A stretch of DNA of 64,000 nucleotides, taken from NCBI GenBank assembly GCA_963721455.1, contig CAVRJG010000039.1, positions 32,001-96,000 on the forward strand, given 5' to 3'. The position numbers and the translations under genes are program-made. The notes beneath the pieces were generated by a model that worked only from the letters and a program-made list of their open reading frames with translations, was not told the DNA's origin and searched no databases. Below, one piece after another: positions 10,799 to 21,303 of the stretch; position 1 is the stretch's first letter, and each line of letters opens with the position of its first letter. This DNA comes from an uncultured Methanosarcinaceae archaeon. Its GTDB lineage: Archaea > Halobacteriota > Methanosarcinia > Methanosarcinales > Methanosarcinaceae.

Positions 10799-10817
10799 TA
10801 GAAAGGAAGATTTTAGT

Positions 10818-11080
10818 GAGCCGATCCCAAAACTAATACTAAACCAATTATAAATTTACTTTTATGTCATTTCGTGAAACTGATAACATTCTACGGAAAT
10901 CCATGGAACATTTTCTTCTTCCACAAAAACCACATACATGAAGACCTCTTTCAGACATATGCAAGTAAACGAATGGAATCTTTCATCGAGAATTTTTAGA
11001 CGCCTTCATGAGCATAAACTCGATTGTTTATTCTAAATATGAGATTCAAAAAAGCAAATTTTAAGTTTTGGGATAAGCTC
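10818..11080 (+). mobile_element. Internally deleted IS5-family element (non-autonomous, ~263 bp)
   Basis: Terminal inverted repeats GAGCCGATCCCAAAACT / AGTTTTGGGATAAGCTC (15/17 match); interior encodes a decayed transposase N-terminus MSFRETDNILRKSMEHFLLPQKPHT*RPLSD...NGIF. Confidence 0.75.
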
Positions 11081-11250
11081 TTAAAATATATAAAAGGAGG
11101 GATTTTCCCAAAATTACTTCTTTTTTGCCGTTTTTCTAATTGTCTTTTTTTCTGACTGAGACTCTACTTTTCTTTCTGCAGAAAGCTGTATTTTTAGAGA
11201 AATCAGTTTTTAGTAAGTTTTATTTTCCTGAAAAGGTTCTATTTCCTTTT

Positions 11251-12711
11251 TCAGGTTCTGTTTTTTACATTCACAAGAAAAGCCGAGAATATTTTCCTGA
11301 ATGTCGGATCATCATGAAGGGTTATGCCATAATAGATTGGCGTTATGATGCCGGCTGCAAGGAGAATAACATAAAAGTTCGCAGAGAACACTTCAAGCAG
11401 AATTAATGGGATCGAAACGACTATCCCGATTGTTGTATACTTAATAAGGATTTCTACGCTTTCCCTCTTATTAATCCCTGCAAGATTAAGCAAATATGCA
11501 TTGTTCCATAGCCAGAATACAACTCCTGTAAGGCTGAACAGGCCAAGGGCAAACTCAGGACTTCCGTAAGTTCCCCCTATAGCCAGTGCTACGACCCTGG
11601 AGATCAAAAGAATTATGCTGAAGGTAAGCCATACCTTCTGTTTCTCGAATACGCTGTAGAGAGTTGAAATAGGAGAAGAAAGAAAAACGAGGAATATCCA
11701 TGGCACAAGGATTTTTACATACGTGCCTGATATATGCCAGCTTTCTCCGAAAGCAAATGTAAATATTTCTTCTCCCAGGATCAGCAGGAGTATCATCGGG
11801 AATACTCCTATTAAAATTAGCTTTTTGTAAACCTCGCCAACTATGACTTTCATGTCTCCCTTCTCATTCCCGTTTTTCACCTCACTGATTTTCTGGAAAA
11901 AAACCTGTTGTATAGCTGTCCCGAGAAGTCCCATGGGCATATTTACTACCTGATTCGCAAGTGAAAAATATCCGACAACGCTTGTGCCGTAAAAATATGC
12001 AAGCAAAAAGGTAGGCACCTGTGGTGAAATCGTGTTTGCAAGTGTAGACCAGGAGCTAAATAAAGGGAAGTTTTTATACTGAATAGCCATCTCTTTCATT
12101 TTTTTTACTGAAACTTTCTTGAAGATTCCTAAGTCTTCTTTTGCGCCCTTAAGCATGAACAGGTCTGCAAATCCATATCCAACGACATATCCTGCTATCA
12201 GGCCTAAAGGAGATACATTCCAGATAGGGATGGCTAACTGAAATGCTTTGGTTGATAAAGTGTTTAAAATTCTGGATCCTGCTACAACTCCATAACGTAT
12301 TTTTCTTGAAAGCCAGTAGTTCTGCACGAAAAAAAGGCCGTTAAAGAATATTATTGCTGGAAGATAAATTAAATATTTTGAAGTTCCCGGAGCATTGAAG
12401 ATGTGCTCAATATCCTTCGGAAAAATTATCACTGCTACAGCTGTGAGTAAAGATATAAAGGTAACTAATATCGCGCAGAGGAAAGCAACGTTTGCAGAAT
12501 CTTCCTCTGTTTTTGGTAACATGATCGCAAACTGGTATGAAAAAGTAGAGAAAATTACCAGTATGCCTGATACTGAGAGAAATATCTGAAAAATTCCTAA
12601 ATCGGCTGGGCTGTAAATTCTGGTGATTAGGGGTACAAGAAGTATACCAAGGATCTGTGCAGTAACACTTCCCGATACGAGCTTTAATACATTGGCGATA
12701 AAGTTTGACAT
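11251..12711 (-). CDS. Oligosaccharide flippase (Wzx)
   Basis: 486 aa polytopic protein with LVSGSVTAQILGILLVPLITRIYSPADLG and VVGYFSLA motifs. Confidence 0.88.
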   Translation of the reverse strand: MSNFIANVLKLVSGSVTAQILGILLVPLITRIYSPADLGIFQIFLSVSGILVIFSTFSYQFAIMLPKTEEDSANVAFLCAILVTFISLLTAVAVIIFPKDIEHIFNAPGTSKYLIYLPAIIFFNGLFFVQNYWLSRKIRYGVVAGSRILNTLSTKAFQLAIPIWNVSPLGLIAGYVVGYGFADLFMLKGAKEDLGIFKKVSVKKMKEMAIQYKNFPLFSSWSTLANTISPQVPTFLLAYFYGTSVVGYFSLANQVVNMPMGLLGTAIQQVFFQKISEVKNGNEKGDMKVIVGEVYKKLILIGVFPMILLLILGEEIFTFAFGESWHISGTYVKILVPWIFLVFLSSPISTLYSVFEKQKVWLTFSIILLISRVVALAIGGTYGSPEFALGLFSLTGVVFWLWNNAYLLNLAGINKRESVEILIKYTTIGIVVSIPLILLEVFSANFYVILLAAGIITPIYYGITLHDDPTFRKIFSAFLVNVKNRT

Positions 12712-12797
12712 ACAGTTTCCAACTTTGAAATATGAATCCCGGATGGTGGCGGGCTTTTTTCATCTCGTAATAAGTAAACGGATGCTATCGTGGGCTA

Positions 12798-14735
12798 TTA
12801 CTTTCTGGTTCCTTTTCTTTCCTTTATGTAAGCAGAAACCTCTTCGTTGTCATATATCAGAGCATAGTCCTGTGCTTCAAATCTGTTGAAGAACTCTTCT
12901 GGCAGCGTCTGGATAAAATTCACCCCATAACGTTCAGGATCATTAATAGAGACAGGTTCTTTCAGAGTTGATTTTCTCAGCAAAACTATCGGGTTGCCAC
13001 TGATCTCTCCAGTCTGTATATGCTGAATGTTAAAATATGTTGCGTTACCGGAATCGTATCCCCTGTCCCTGTAAAAAAGGCAGCTATCATATGGAGAGTC
13101 CATCAGGATATTCCCTGAGCATTTCGCTGATACTGTTTTAATAGCCTGGATTTCAATATCTTTGAACTGGTTTCTTACGGTCGTGTCCTTTGCCACAAGC
13201 GGGTTATCTTTATTTATGCCTGGCGTTGTAACCATCACAAATGAAAACAGTAGAACGATTATGAAGATTGCGGGGATCTTTACTTTTTTTGAGTTAAAGA
13301 GGCTTACTAATTTTAGCATATATGATGCAGCTACAAGCACGAGAAACACCGATATCAGTGGGAACCATCTGCTTGTCAGGAAATTCCTCATCCCGAGTAA
13401 AGGAATTCCATAAGCAAGACTATACAGAATTACAACCACTAAAGCAATAGAGAACTTATTGACTTTCTTGACATCTCCGCGAGAAAACCAGGCTAACACC
13501 CCTCCTATTGCGAAAAACGGCAGAGCAAGGTAGCTTATATGAAGTAGGAGTACTTCCAGTGTTTCCTGGTTACTTCCGGAACCTACGATCAGTTCATCGC
13601 TTGAGTAGCTTGCTCCTGCCTGAAGCACATCTATAAGAGGCCTGAGAATCATTTCAAAAAAGGAAGTGCTCGGGTTTACATACGTGAACATCCAGTATGT
13701 TTGCAGACTAATAACAAAAAAGAGAATATAATTAAAGCTGGTTGTTCTCATGGGAAGACTCTTATACAGATGATTGTGCAGGTATTTGCCCACATAAATC
13801 GAAACTAAAACGAGAAATACTACAAAAGTTGTTAATTGGTGAGTCAGAACCATCAGAATAGTAATTAACAAGATAAATCCAGTATATCTCAAACTCTGCT
13901 TTTCGCTAAAGATCATGTATATCATAAATATAAAGTAGCAGAGAACAAGAGAACCCGAAGTTATATTCGCAATGCCTGCGACGATATTATGATTATTCAA
14001 GTTTATTAGTAGAGTCGCCAGCAAACCCATCTGGGGGCCTTCAAGTTTCGTTCCTATTAGGTAAACGCCTATTGTACTGAAAACACTGGCAAATCCTATA
14101 GAATAAAATACCGCGTCTTTAATATCTGTTTCGCCCATTATCTGAGTAACTGAAATAAGAATATGAGCAAGCGGATAATAGAAATACTTGCTACTTATTT
14201 CAATCGGAGCAACAAATCCAGTATCAGTAATTATCCGTGCCATACTTGCATGAAAATAAGCATCGTAACCCATGAGGCTCGGAAAGTTGTAAAAAATTCC
14301 GACTCTTATGAGGACTGAAAGCAGGAATATTTGAAGTAATATAGAGATTACTCCGTCTCCCTCTCTAATATAAAGAATTTCGGAGGCGATAATGCCGGCA
14401 AGGACGCATATAAGTATAAAGTAAGATATAGGCCTGTAGTACAGATTCATACTGTATATCAAAACGCATGTGAGAAATGTTAGATAGAATGAAAAATTCA
14501 GTATGCTTTTTAATCTGTCTTCCCCAGAAGATATGGCTGCCTCAGTTTTGAATTTATTTCTAAAGAGGATATAAATTAAACAGGAAGAAAGGATGGCAAT
14601 TCCAATATCCTTCTGGTTTAGATTGATTATATAGTATAAAGAAACGATCAATAACCCTAAACTAAATCCCATTACGCTGAGAATCACATCAAGATTTTTT
14701 GTAAATCTCTCTGCGTATCCTTTTGCAGTTTCCAT
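12798..14735 (-). CDS. Polytopic membrane protein, GT-C/Wzy-like (candidate polymerase or lipid-linked glycan transferase)
   Basis: Many TM segments, loop motif GYDAYFH..AR.I and YYP.H, soluble C-terminal domain; start taken at METAK. Confidence 0.6.
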   Translation of the reverse strand: METAKGYAERFTKNLDVILSVMGFSLGLLIVSLYYIINLNQKDIGIAILSSCLIYILFRNKFKTEAAISSGEDRLKSILNFSFYLTFLTCVLIYSMNLYYRPISYFILICVLAGIIASEILYIREGDGVISILLQIFLLSVLIRVGIFYNFPSLMGYDAYFHASMARIITDTGFVAPIEISSKYFYYPLAHILISVTQIMGETDIKDAVFYSIGFASVFSTIGVYLIGTKLEGPQMGLLATLLINLNNHNIVAGIANITSGSLVLCYFIFMIYMIFSEKQSLRYTGFILLITILMVLTHQLTTFVVFLVLVSIYVGKYLHNHLYKSLPMRTTSFNYILFFVISLQTYWMFTYVNPSTSFFEMILRPLIDVLQAGASYSSDELIVGSGSNQETLEVLLLHISYLALPFFAIGGVLAWFSRGDVKKVNKFSIALVVVILYSLAYGIPLLGMRNFLTSRWFPLISVFLVLVAASYMLKLVSLFNSKKVKIPAIFIIVLLFSFVMVTTPGINKDNPLVAKDTTVRNQFKDIEIQAIKTVSAKCSGNILMDSPYDSCLFYRDRGYDSGNATYFNIQHIQTGEISGNPIVLLRKSTLKEPVSINDPERYGVNFIQTLPEEFFNRFEAQDYALIYDNEEVSAYIKERKGTRK

Positions 14736-14879
14736 ACATCCCCACAATATGATAATTTTATATAACTAAATCATTTCAAGCTAAAATATTTTTTGCTTGT
14801 TATTTCAGAATACCTTTTTTTACAGATTACTTCTTATTTTTCAGCCCTCTTTCTTTTACACCTCAGCCTGTCTGCAGTT

Positions 14880-15355
14880 TCAATATTTTTTCGTCCACCA
14901 TCTGCATATCTCAGCTCCCTATGCCATCCAGGCACCTTTTGAGTACAGTATTGCAGGATTTTTATGAATTCCAGACAATCCAATCCTCTGCATATAGGTA
15001 TTATTTCGCCCATTTGTCCAATGCCAGAGATTGTAAGTACTCCTCCATGTAGTCCAACCTCCCACCCGTCATCCGAAATACGGCCAAGTTCTTCTTCCAG
15101 CTGTGGTATTCAATATTCTGGGGCATACAAAATCGATGTCATGGGTCAGGCACACAACAAATTTTCTTCCATCAGGATATTCGGGATTCAGCTTATTTTT
15201 GATCCGAAAGTTCGAGACTTCAGGCTCGAAAACGTTTCTTTGACTGCTCAGGTAATTGGAAAATCTTCCGTATTTCTCTAAAAGGATAGGGGCATGCTCC
15301 TCTTTTTTGCAAATAACTCCCACAGCTCTCCATCTTGCTCCATTTATTTAATCAC
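14880..15355 (-). pseudogene. Polysaccharide deacetylase pseudogene, paralog of 6483-7532
   Basis: Fragments ELWELF.KKEE, EPEVSNF, YPDGRKFVVCLTHDID, WEVGLHGG and KILQYC...AWM..AEICRWW with frameshifts, stops and internal deletions. Confidence 0.8.
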
Positions 15356-15417
15356 TGTATCCCCTTATTCCTACCCTTTGGACTTCTAACTTTATTAAAT
15401 ATTTGGTTAACTCAGGA

Positions 15418-15641
15418 TTATTCCTTCTTTCTGTAAGGAGTCTCTTTCGATGAACTCGTCACATTAATCTTATCCCACTACAGCCCCAAATATCCCTTTT
15501 TCATGAGTTATCTTCTATTTTTCAGGTCGTAGTCTGAAATAATCCGGAATTTTGTATCCTGCTAAAGTCATTCTGACACTCTGGAACTCGGATTTTATAT
15601 GTAACCTTTCTGATCTCAAAAATTGGACTGCGTTCTCTCAT
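15418..15641 (-). pseudogene. Heavily deleted DUF354 paralog remnant
   Basis: Reverse strand GGGATAAGATTAATGTGAC (DKINVT) and YKIRV match the C-terminal DKINVTEF and YRIRV of 5426-6499. Confidence 0.5.
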
Positions 15642-16921
15642 AGCTGATTCTACCCCTCAATTATTTTACTCCCTTCAATTATTTTACCTCCCCCAATTCT
15701 CTAAGTACAGTTTCTTCCAGATTCTGGCAATGTCCTGAAAAAGAAATATGTCATTTTAACGCAAGTACTCAATTCTCAGCAAAAAATCCCTGTCATTTTT
15801 ACTACTTTCTCCAGATTCTCGCCGTAACCATTTACTGGTGGAAGATACAGATGCATTCTTTCTTCACAGTCGGGATTCATGCGTAAGAAAAGCACAACGC
15901 AGCAGTTCCTGGGCTTAGTGTAACGCAATAGAACGGCCAAAAATACTTCGCATCTTCTCCTAGTAAGTAGAGGTTCCGCAGTTCCTATCCTTTTACAATG
16001 TTCCCCTTAAATGAATAAATATTATTAGAATATAAGTTTTAGCGTTGAATTAAAATTCTTTCCTCAGTATTCTGTCGCTATTCTCATATCTCAAACTCTT
16101 AATCTGCTGATTTCTAAAACATTTTAATAATTCTCAGACTCTATTAGTTTTATTCAAGCCTATTATCCGCACGTTTCCGTCCTTTATGAGTGCTTTCAGG
16201 GTAAAGGCCCTCAATCCACGCACATTTTTGCTACCTGAGTTCACCCTGCGATATTATCTTTTTTCCTATTATTTGATCACCAGTTAGGGCAGTAGTGGCA
16301 TATGTAACAGCGGCTCTTTGGAAGTTCACTCTTTAAGTTCCGGCTCCTTCTATATAGGGCACTTATAGTTTGCAAGTGCAGGCATAAAATACCTGATGAA
16401 CTGTAAATATAAGTCTTTCTAATACATTATTACCTGTTTGGGTATTTGCTTCATTTATAGCCAGCTTTAACATTCCTTGCCCAGAACGATCGTCGATTTA
16501 TTTTCCAAAGTCACCGCCTCTCTGAAAATTCACTTTTCACGACAATAAAGAGTTAAATTTGCAAAAAAATGCTGTTTTCTCCATTACAGTTGGCCTGTAT
16601 ATTTATGGTCATCTAAGCTACTCAAATAGCTAATAAGCTCATTATTTATCTTCCCTTTAAATTTCGGAGAAAAAAAGCTCTTTTTTTTCATGTTAAAAGC
16701 ACAGAGAGGTCTTAATTAGTTAATCCAGCTCTGTTGTCCTATTCACAGAGATCTTTGGTAATGAGATTTCAATACCTTAATATTTTTATAGACTTATCAA
16801 AAGCATGTGTTAACTTTATATATTTCTTAGTCTAATAATTTTTTGAATGATATCCTTTAATATTTTTGCATTTATACACATAAAGGGGGTTATAGCATAT
16901 GCAGACGTATAGGGGGGTGCA

Positions 16922-18523
16922 TTGGGTTTGTTTTCAACCCTTACACTTGGTCTTAATTCTCTAATTTCCGATCCTATTAGCATAGTATCTTCGCCATCTC
17001 AACTTACCGATAGGTTGCTCAGGCATGAATTTACGGTCTTAATTCCAGCTCAGAACGAGGAAACTTCCATTGGAAGCAAAGTATTGATTGCGGCAAGTTA
17101 CGCTGACCGTGTACTTGTTCTTGATAAGGGTTCCACCGATCGAACTATGGAAGTCGCGGCTTTAGGAGGGGCACGAGTTGTTCCTCTGGCAGGCGGAGAG
17201 GAGGCGTCGCTCAATATACTTTACAGGGCATCTCTTGATTCGGAGCTTGTGGTCCTTATCTATCCTGAGTGCATGCAGGATATAGACCTGCTTTACCATG
17301 TCCTTGAACCATTAAGGCAGGGATTTGACTTATCTGTAGGTTCATGGCCCTGCCGTGTCTCCTGTGAGCAGGAAACAGTGATGCTGCTTAATGGGAAAAA
17401 TACCTTTAGGGAAAAAATAGGTTTTCTTGCCATAACAGCTGATTCACTGCAGAAAATAAGTTCAGGCAAAGAGCATCTATCTTTAAAATCCTTGCTCTCT
17501 GCAGCGAAGACCAAAGGACTTAAGGTTAACTACCTGAGCTTTGATGTGGATCCTGTATTCAGGAAACTTGAGAGCACACGTATAGGAGTTGTAGTGCCTG
17601 CTTATAATGAGGAATTGCTTATAGGCGAAACTCTCAGCGGGATCCCTGAATATGTGGACAGGATCTACGTAATCGATGACGGTAGTATAGATCGCACAGG
17701 TGAGATTGTAAAAAAGTTCGGAGATCCGAGGATCGTGTATCTGCGCCATGAAGTAAATAAAGGAGTAGGCGCAGGAATAATTGACGGGTATAAACTTGCC
17801 CTGAAAGATGAAATGGATATTGTTGCTGTTATGGCCGGGGACAATCAGATGGACCCTGTCCAGCTTCCCAGGTTGATTTTCCCGATCATTGAGGGAAGAG
17901 CTGATTATACAAAGGGAAACAGGTTACTTACTGACGATTTTATGACCGGAATGAGTAAATGGAGGTCTTTTGGAAACCTTCTCCTCAGCTTTATAACAAA
18001 AATAGGCAGCGGTTACTGGCAGGTTATGGACCCTCAAAACGGATATACAGCTATTTCCAGGCAGGCTCTCGAGGTTATTGATCTAGATTCAGTTTATCCT
18101 TATTATGGCTACTGTAACGATCTGTTGATCAAGCTCAATGCCTTTGGAATGAGAGTAATGGATGTGGTAATGCCCGCTCGTTACGGCACAGAAAAATCGA
18201 AGATCCGGTATGGCAAGTTCATTCGCAAAGTAGCTCCCATGATCTTCAGGGGCTTTCTCTGGAGGTTAAGGGTCAAATATACGGTTCTTGATTTCCATCC
18301 TCTGGTACTATTCTACTTCCTTGGGATGATTTCCCTGCCGATGGGTGTTCTTTTAGGATTCTGGGGCCTTTTGCAGATGTTGTTGCAAAACCCTCTTCCT
18401 TCCTACTACCCCCTGCTTGGCTTCCTCGTATTGGGCACGGGACTTCAGATGCTTCTTTTCGGAATGCTTTTTGACATGCAGGTCGAAAAAAAAAGGAATG
18501 AAAGGATAGGACTTGCTCGTTAA
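16922..18523 (+). CDS. Tandem GT2 glycosyltransferase (degenerate N-terminal GT2, DPM-synthase-like GT2, 2 C-terminal TM helices)
   Basis: IPAQNEE..LDKGSTD, then VPAYNEE..IDDGSID..NKGVG..MAGDNQMD..DPQNGY; hydrophobic C-terminus. Confidence 0.88.
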   Translation: MGLFSTLTLGLNSLISDPISIVSSPSQLTDRLLRHEFTVLIPAQNEETSIGSKVLIAASYADRVLVLDKGSTDRTMEVAALGGARVVPLAGGEEASLNILYRASLDSELVVLIYPECMQDIDLLYHVLEPLRQGFDLSVGSWPCRVSCEQETVMLLNGKNTFREKIGFLAITADSLQKISSGKEHLSLKSLLSAAKTKGLKVNYLSFDVDPVFRKLESTRIGVVVPAYNEELLIGETLSGIPEYVDRIYVIDDGSIDRTGEIVKKFGDPRIVYLRHEVNKGVGAGIIDGYKLALKDEMDIVAVMAGDNQMDPVQLPRLIFPIIEGRADYTKGNRLLTDDFMTGMSKWRSFGNLLLSFITKIGSGYWQVMDPQNGYTAISRQALEVIDLDSVYPYYGYCNDLLIKLNAFGMRVMDVVMPARYGTEKSKIRYGKFIRKVAPMIFRGFLWRLRVKYTVLDFHPLVLFYFLGMISLPMGVLLGFWGLLQMLLQNPLPSYYPLLGFLVLGTGLQMLLFGMLFDMQVEKKRNERIGLAR

Positions 18524-18526
18524 GAC

Positions 18527-18556
18527 CCGGAAATATACTCTTCCGGATCTTTTTTC
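18527..18556 (+). terminator. Hairpin plus T-tract between convergent genes
   Basis: CCGGAA-N8-TTCCGG followed by TCTTTTTT. Confidence 0.45.
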
Positions 18557-18575
18557 TTTAATCTATTTTTTTCTT

Positions 18576-19124
18576 TCAGTGTCCGTTTATTCCATCCGAG
18601 TTCTTTTTGCTTAACCGTTTTTTTAACCAGTTTACAGCAAAGATAGCCATTATCCCGATCCCCATAATTTCAGCGATGAAAGTTTGCGAGAACTCAGGCT
18701 CAAAAGATTTTTTGAACATTCTTAATAAATATTCAAGTCCAGTATATCCCGTGAAATCTTTGGGAAAACTCAATCCGAGGAGAGGCCAGAAAAAAGTTGA
18801 AGGCCATGTCCACATATGATCTTCCAGAAGGTGGAAAAAAGAGCCTGAAGCCACAGCAAGTCCTCTGCTGTTTTTTCTTTTTTCGTACAGGTATACACCT
18901 GTCAGGGCGAGAAGAAGAGTGAACAGTAAGGTATGACCTATGATACGTCCGTTTGCAAGGGTAGAAGCAAAGATAACTCTCCCGATAGGTTTGTCTATCA
19001 AGTCAGGCAGAAGAGCTCCAATGGCCAGATATCTCGGATCTACTACAACCCTCAGTCTGGATATAAAAATTCCAAGCCCTAAATATACCCCCAGCGTAAT
19101 CCCTAGATGTCCAAAAAGAAGCAT
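18576..19124 (-). CDS. Membrane-bound metal-dependent hydrolase (YdjM/DUF457-like)
   Basis: GH, GALLPDLIDKP, GHTLL and HLLED motifs. Confidence 0.8.
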   Translation of the reverse strand: MLLFGHLGITLGVYLGLGIFISRLRVVVDPRYLAIGALLPDLIDKPIGRVIFASTLANGRIIGHTLLFTLLLALTGVYLYEKRKNSRGLAVASGSFFHLLEDHMWTWPSTFFWPLLGLSFPKDFTGYTGLEYLLRMFKKSFEPEFSQTFIAEIMGIGIMAIFAVNWLKKRLSKKNSDGINGH

Positions 19125-19212
19125 CGAAAATTAAAGGTCCCTTCGTTTATATCTAAATATTGCCCGCATTTTTATTAACCAAATTGCATTTTCAGAGCAA
19201 TTTTATCGATAT

Positions 19213-21303
19213 TCAGGTATACTCTATGGTGAGTTCCGGCCTTTGGTTTTTGTTTTGCCAGTTGGAGCTGTAGAAAGCAATATAGTTATTGTCTTCCTCA
19301 CGAGCCTTTATAAGGAAACCTGTATTTTCATACTTTCCACTGATATATTCCTGCACAAGTTCCGTTACATCCAGTTCATAGTAGCGGTTGTCAGGAGTCT
19401 CATCTCCGCTGATAGTTACCGTGGCATATGGAGTGCTGCCCTGCAAGACACCGTTCTTGTCATACCAGTCTCCTCCGGCGTTTTTCCAGGGAGTATCAGC
19501 CTCCCTTTCCTCCCATGTAATATGTTCTTCGCACCATTTTATCGGCCTATATACTTCCAGTACGGTATCTTTCGGTCTCATTTGATTCTCTGGGTAGTGC
19601 CAGAAAAAAGAGAGGGCTGCTTCTTCAATCTGGTTGGTCTGATTGAGTGAACTTAGCTCAAAGAGTATGACATCCCTGTATGCGCCTCCACCTGACCTTT
19701 TTCCTACGTCGAGATACTCTCTTTCACGAAGGGTCGTATTGGGAGTTTCTTCTCTCAACCCGTTGTCAGAAACAGTCAAAGGCAAAGCAATTTTAAAGTT
19801 TTCCGCTTCATCAGACTGTATCGAAAAGCTTAATAAAAGTCTTTTCAGGGATCTTATTAATTCTGAAAAAGCCCTTTTAAGGCTTGATCCGAAGCCTTCT
19901 TCCTGGCCCATTTGGATTCCGCTTTCATTTATTTCGTAAGGCGTTTGCGGCCCAGCAGACATTGCTTCACTCCAGGAGAAATCTTCTCCCAAAGACTCAT
20001 TTTTGCTCATCTTCTCCACAAGTTCAGGACCAGCCTCGACATCTGAGGTAGAACTTGCATACATATAATTTCCGCCGGCGTTACTTGAAAGGCAATTATT
20101 TTTAAGGATGAATGAATGAGTGTTCTTCAACTTGTTGTATATAGCATATCCTTCTCCGGCTGCAGGACTGGACTGTGTCTTAATTATTATATTATTTTTC
20201 ACAATAGTTGTATATCCTGAGTCTGGAGCTAAAAATTCGTCAGTAACCTGTTTGTGGGCAATAGCAGCACCATAGCATCCGTCGAATTTATTATTCTCTA
20301 TCAAGGTATTTTGGAAGCCATTGAGCACTATACCCCCTGCCCAGTCAGCACTCGGGTTAATACCGGTTTTATATAATTTGTTGTGATGGATGTATATATC
20401 TGTTGCAGAGTCTTTGGAATATCCAGATCCGTAACCTGTAATCCAGATACCTGCTGCATTGGTTTCATACAGCAGATTATTGCAGATTTCAATATCATTC
20501 ATGACAGTTGAAGGGCCGATTTTCTGGATTTCAATTCCTGCCCCTCCTTCCCCTTCGGAGTTGATGATATTGTTATAGAATTTTACATGATTTGTGTTGT
20601 AAATTCTCAAACCGCTGTTTGTTCTGCATGTTATTTTGTTGTTCCAGGCTTCAATATTTGAAGAATAGATCGCGTAGAGGGCGTCATGCCCTAACTTATA
20701 CACTCTGTTATTGTAAAACTGAATGTTTGAACCTTTTACGACTTTAAGCCCGTCCCCATGACTGTCGTGCATGTACATATCATGGACCTGTATGTTCTCG
20801 CAATTGAGGAAATGGATCAGATTGTAATATCCCTTTCCCCTATTTTTTTCACCGTTCTTGTCATGGTTTCCGTCAATCTCAAACCCCCTTATGATAATAT
20901 CATGATTTCCGGCGCTGTCCATTTGCGTAACTATAGGTTTTTCTAGCGGCCAGCCTGCTTTATCTTCAAGTTTGATCACAGCTGTGGGATCCCCTTCCAG
21001 AACTGTATTGCTTCCAATAAAAATACTGTCCGAGATGACGTACGTATTGGGGCCTTCCAGATGAACGGTTGTGAACGTCGGATTTTCTACAATATATGCA
21101 AGAGCTTTGTTTATCTCTACCTGATCATCACTACCATCACAGTTAAAATCTCCACTCCCATTGGTAGCAACATAAACTATTGTACCAGATGGCATAGCTG
21201 AGAGGGTGAGAGTTATACTTGCGATTAGAGAAATTAAAATTATGCTGAGAATTAATATTTTCTTTCGGTTTCCCCATTTATATGTTCGCCTTTTTCCGTT
21301 CAT
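19213..21303 (-). CDS. Secreted right-handed beta-helix protein with C-terminal disaggregatase-related (DNRLRE-type) domain
   Basis: Signal/TM N-terminus; NCDGSDDQVEINKAL; repeated beta-helix coils; C-terminal SDNGLRE..W.NAGGDWYD..YELDVTELVQEY.SG..ENTGFLIKA; start taken at MNGK. Confidence 0.85.
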   Translation of the reverse strand: MNGKRRTYKWGNRKKILILSIILISLIASITLTLSAMPSGTIVYVATNGSGDFNCDGSDDQVEINKALAYIVENPTFTTVHLEGPNTYVISDSIFIGSNTVLEGDPTAVIKLEDKAGWPLEKPIVTQMDSAGNHDIIIRGFEIDGNHDKNGEKNRGKGYYNLIHFLNCENIQVHDMYMHDSHGDGLKVVKGSNIQFYNNRVYKLGHDALYAIYSSNIEAWNNKITCRTNSGLRIYNTNHVKFYNNIINSEGEGGAGIEIQKIGPSTVMNDIEICNNLLYETNAAGIWITGYGSGYSKDSATDIYIHHNKLYKTGINPSADWAGGIVLNGFQNTLIENNKFDGCYGAAIAHKQVTDEFLAPDSGYTTIVKNNIIIKTQSSPAAGEGYAIYNKLKNTHSFILKNNCLSSNAGGNYMYASSTSDVEAGPELVEKMSKNESLGEDFSWSEAMSAGPQTPYEINESGIQMGQEEGFGSSLKRAFSELIRSLKRLLLSFSIQSDEAENFKIALPLTVSDNGLREETPNTTLREREYLDVGKRSGGGAYRDVILFELSSLNQTNQIEEAALSFFWHYPENQMRPKDTVLEVYRPIKWCEEHITWEEREADTPWKNAGGDWYDKNGVLQGSTPYATVTISGDETPDNRYYELDVTELVQEYISGKYENTGFLIKAREEDNNYIAFYSSNWQNKNQRPELTIEYT

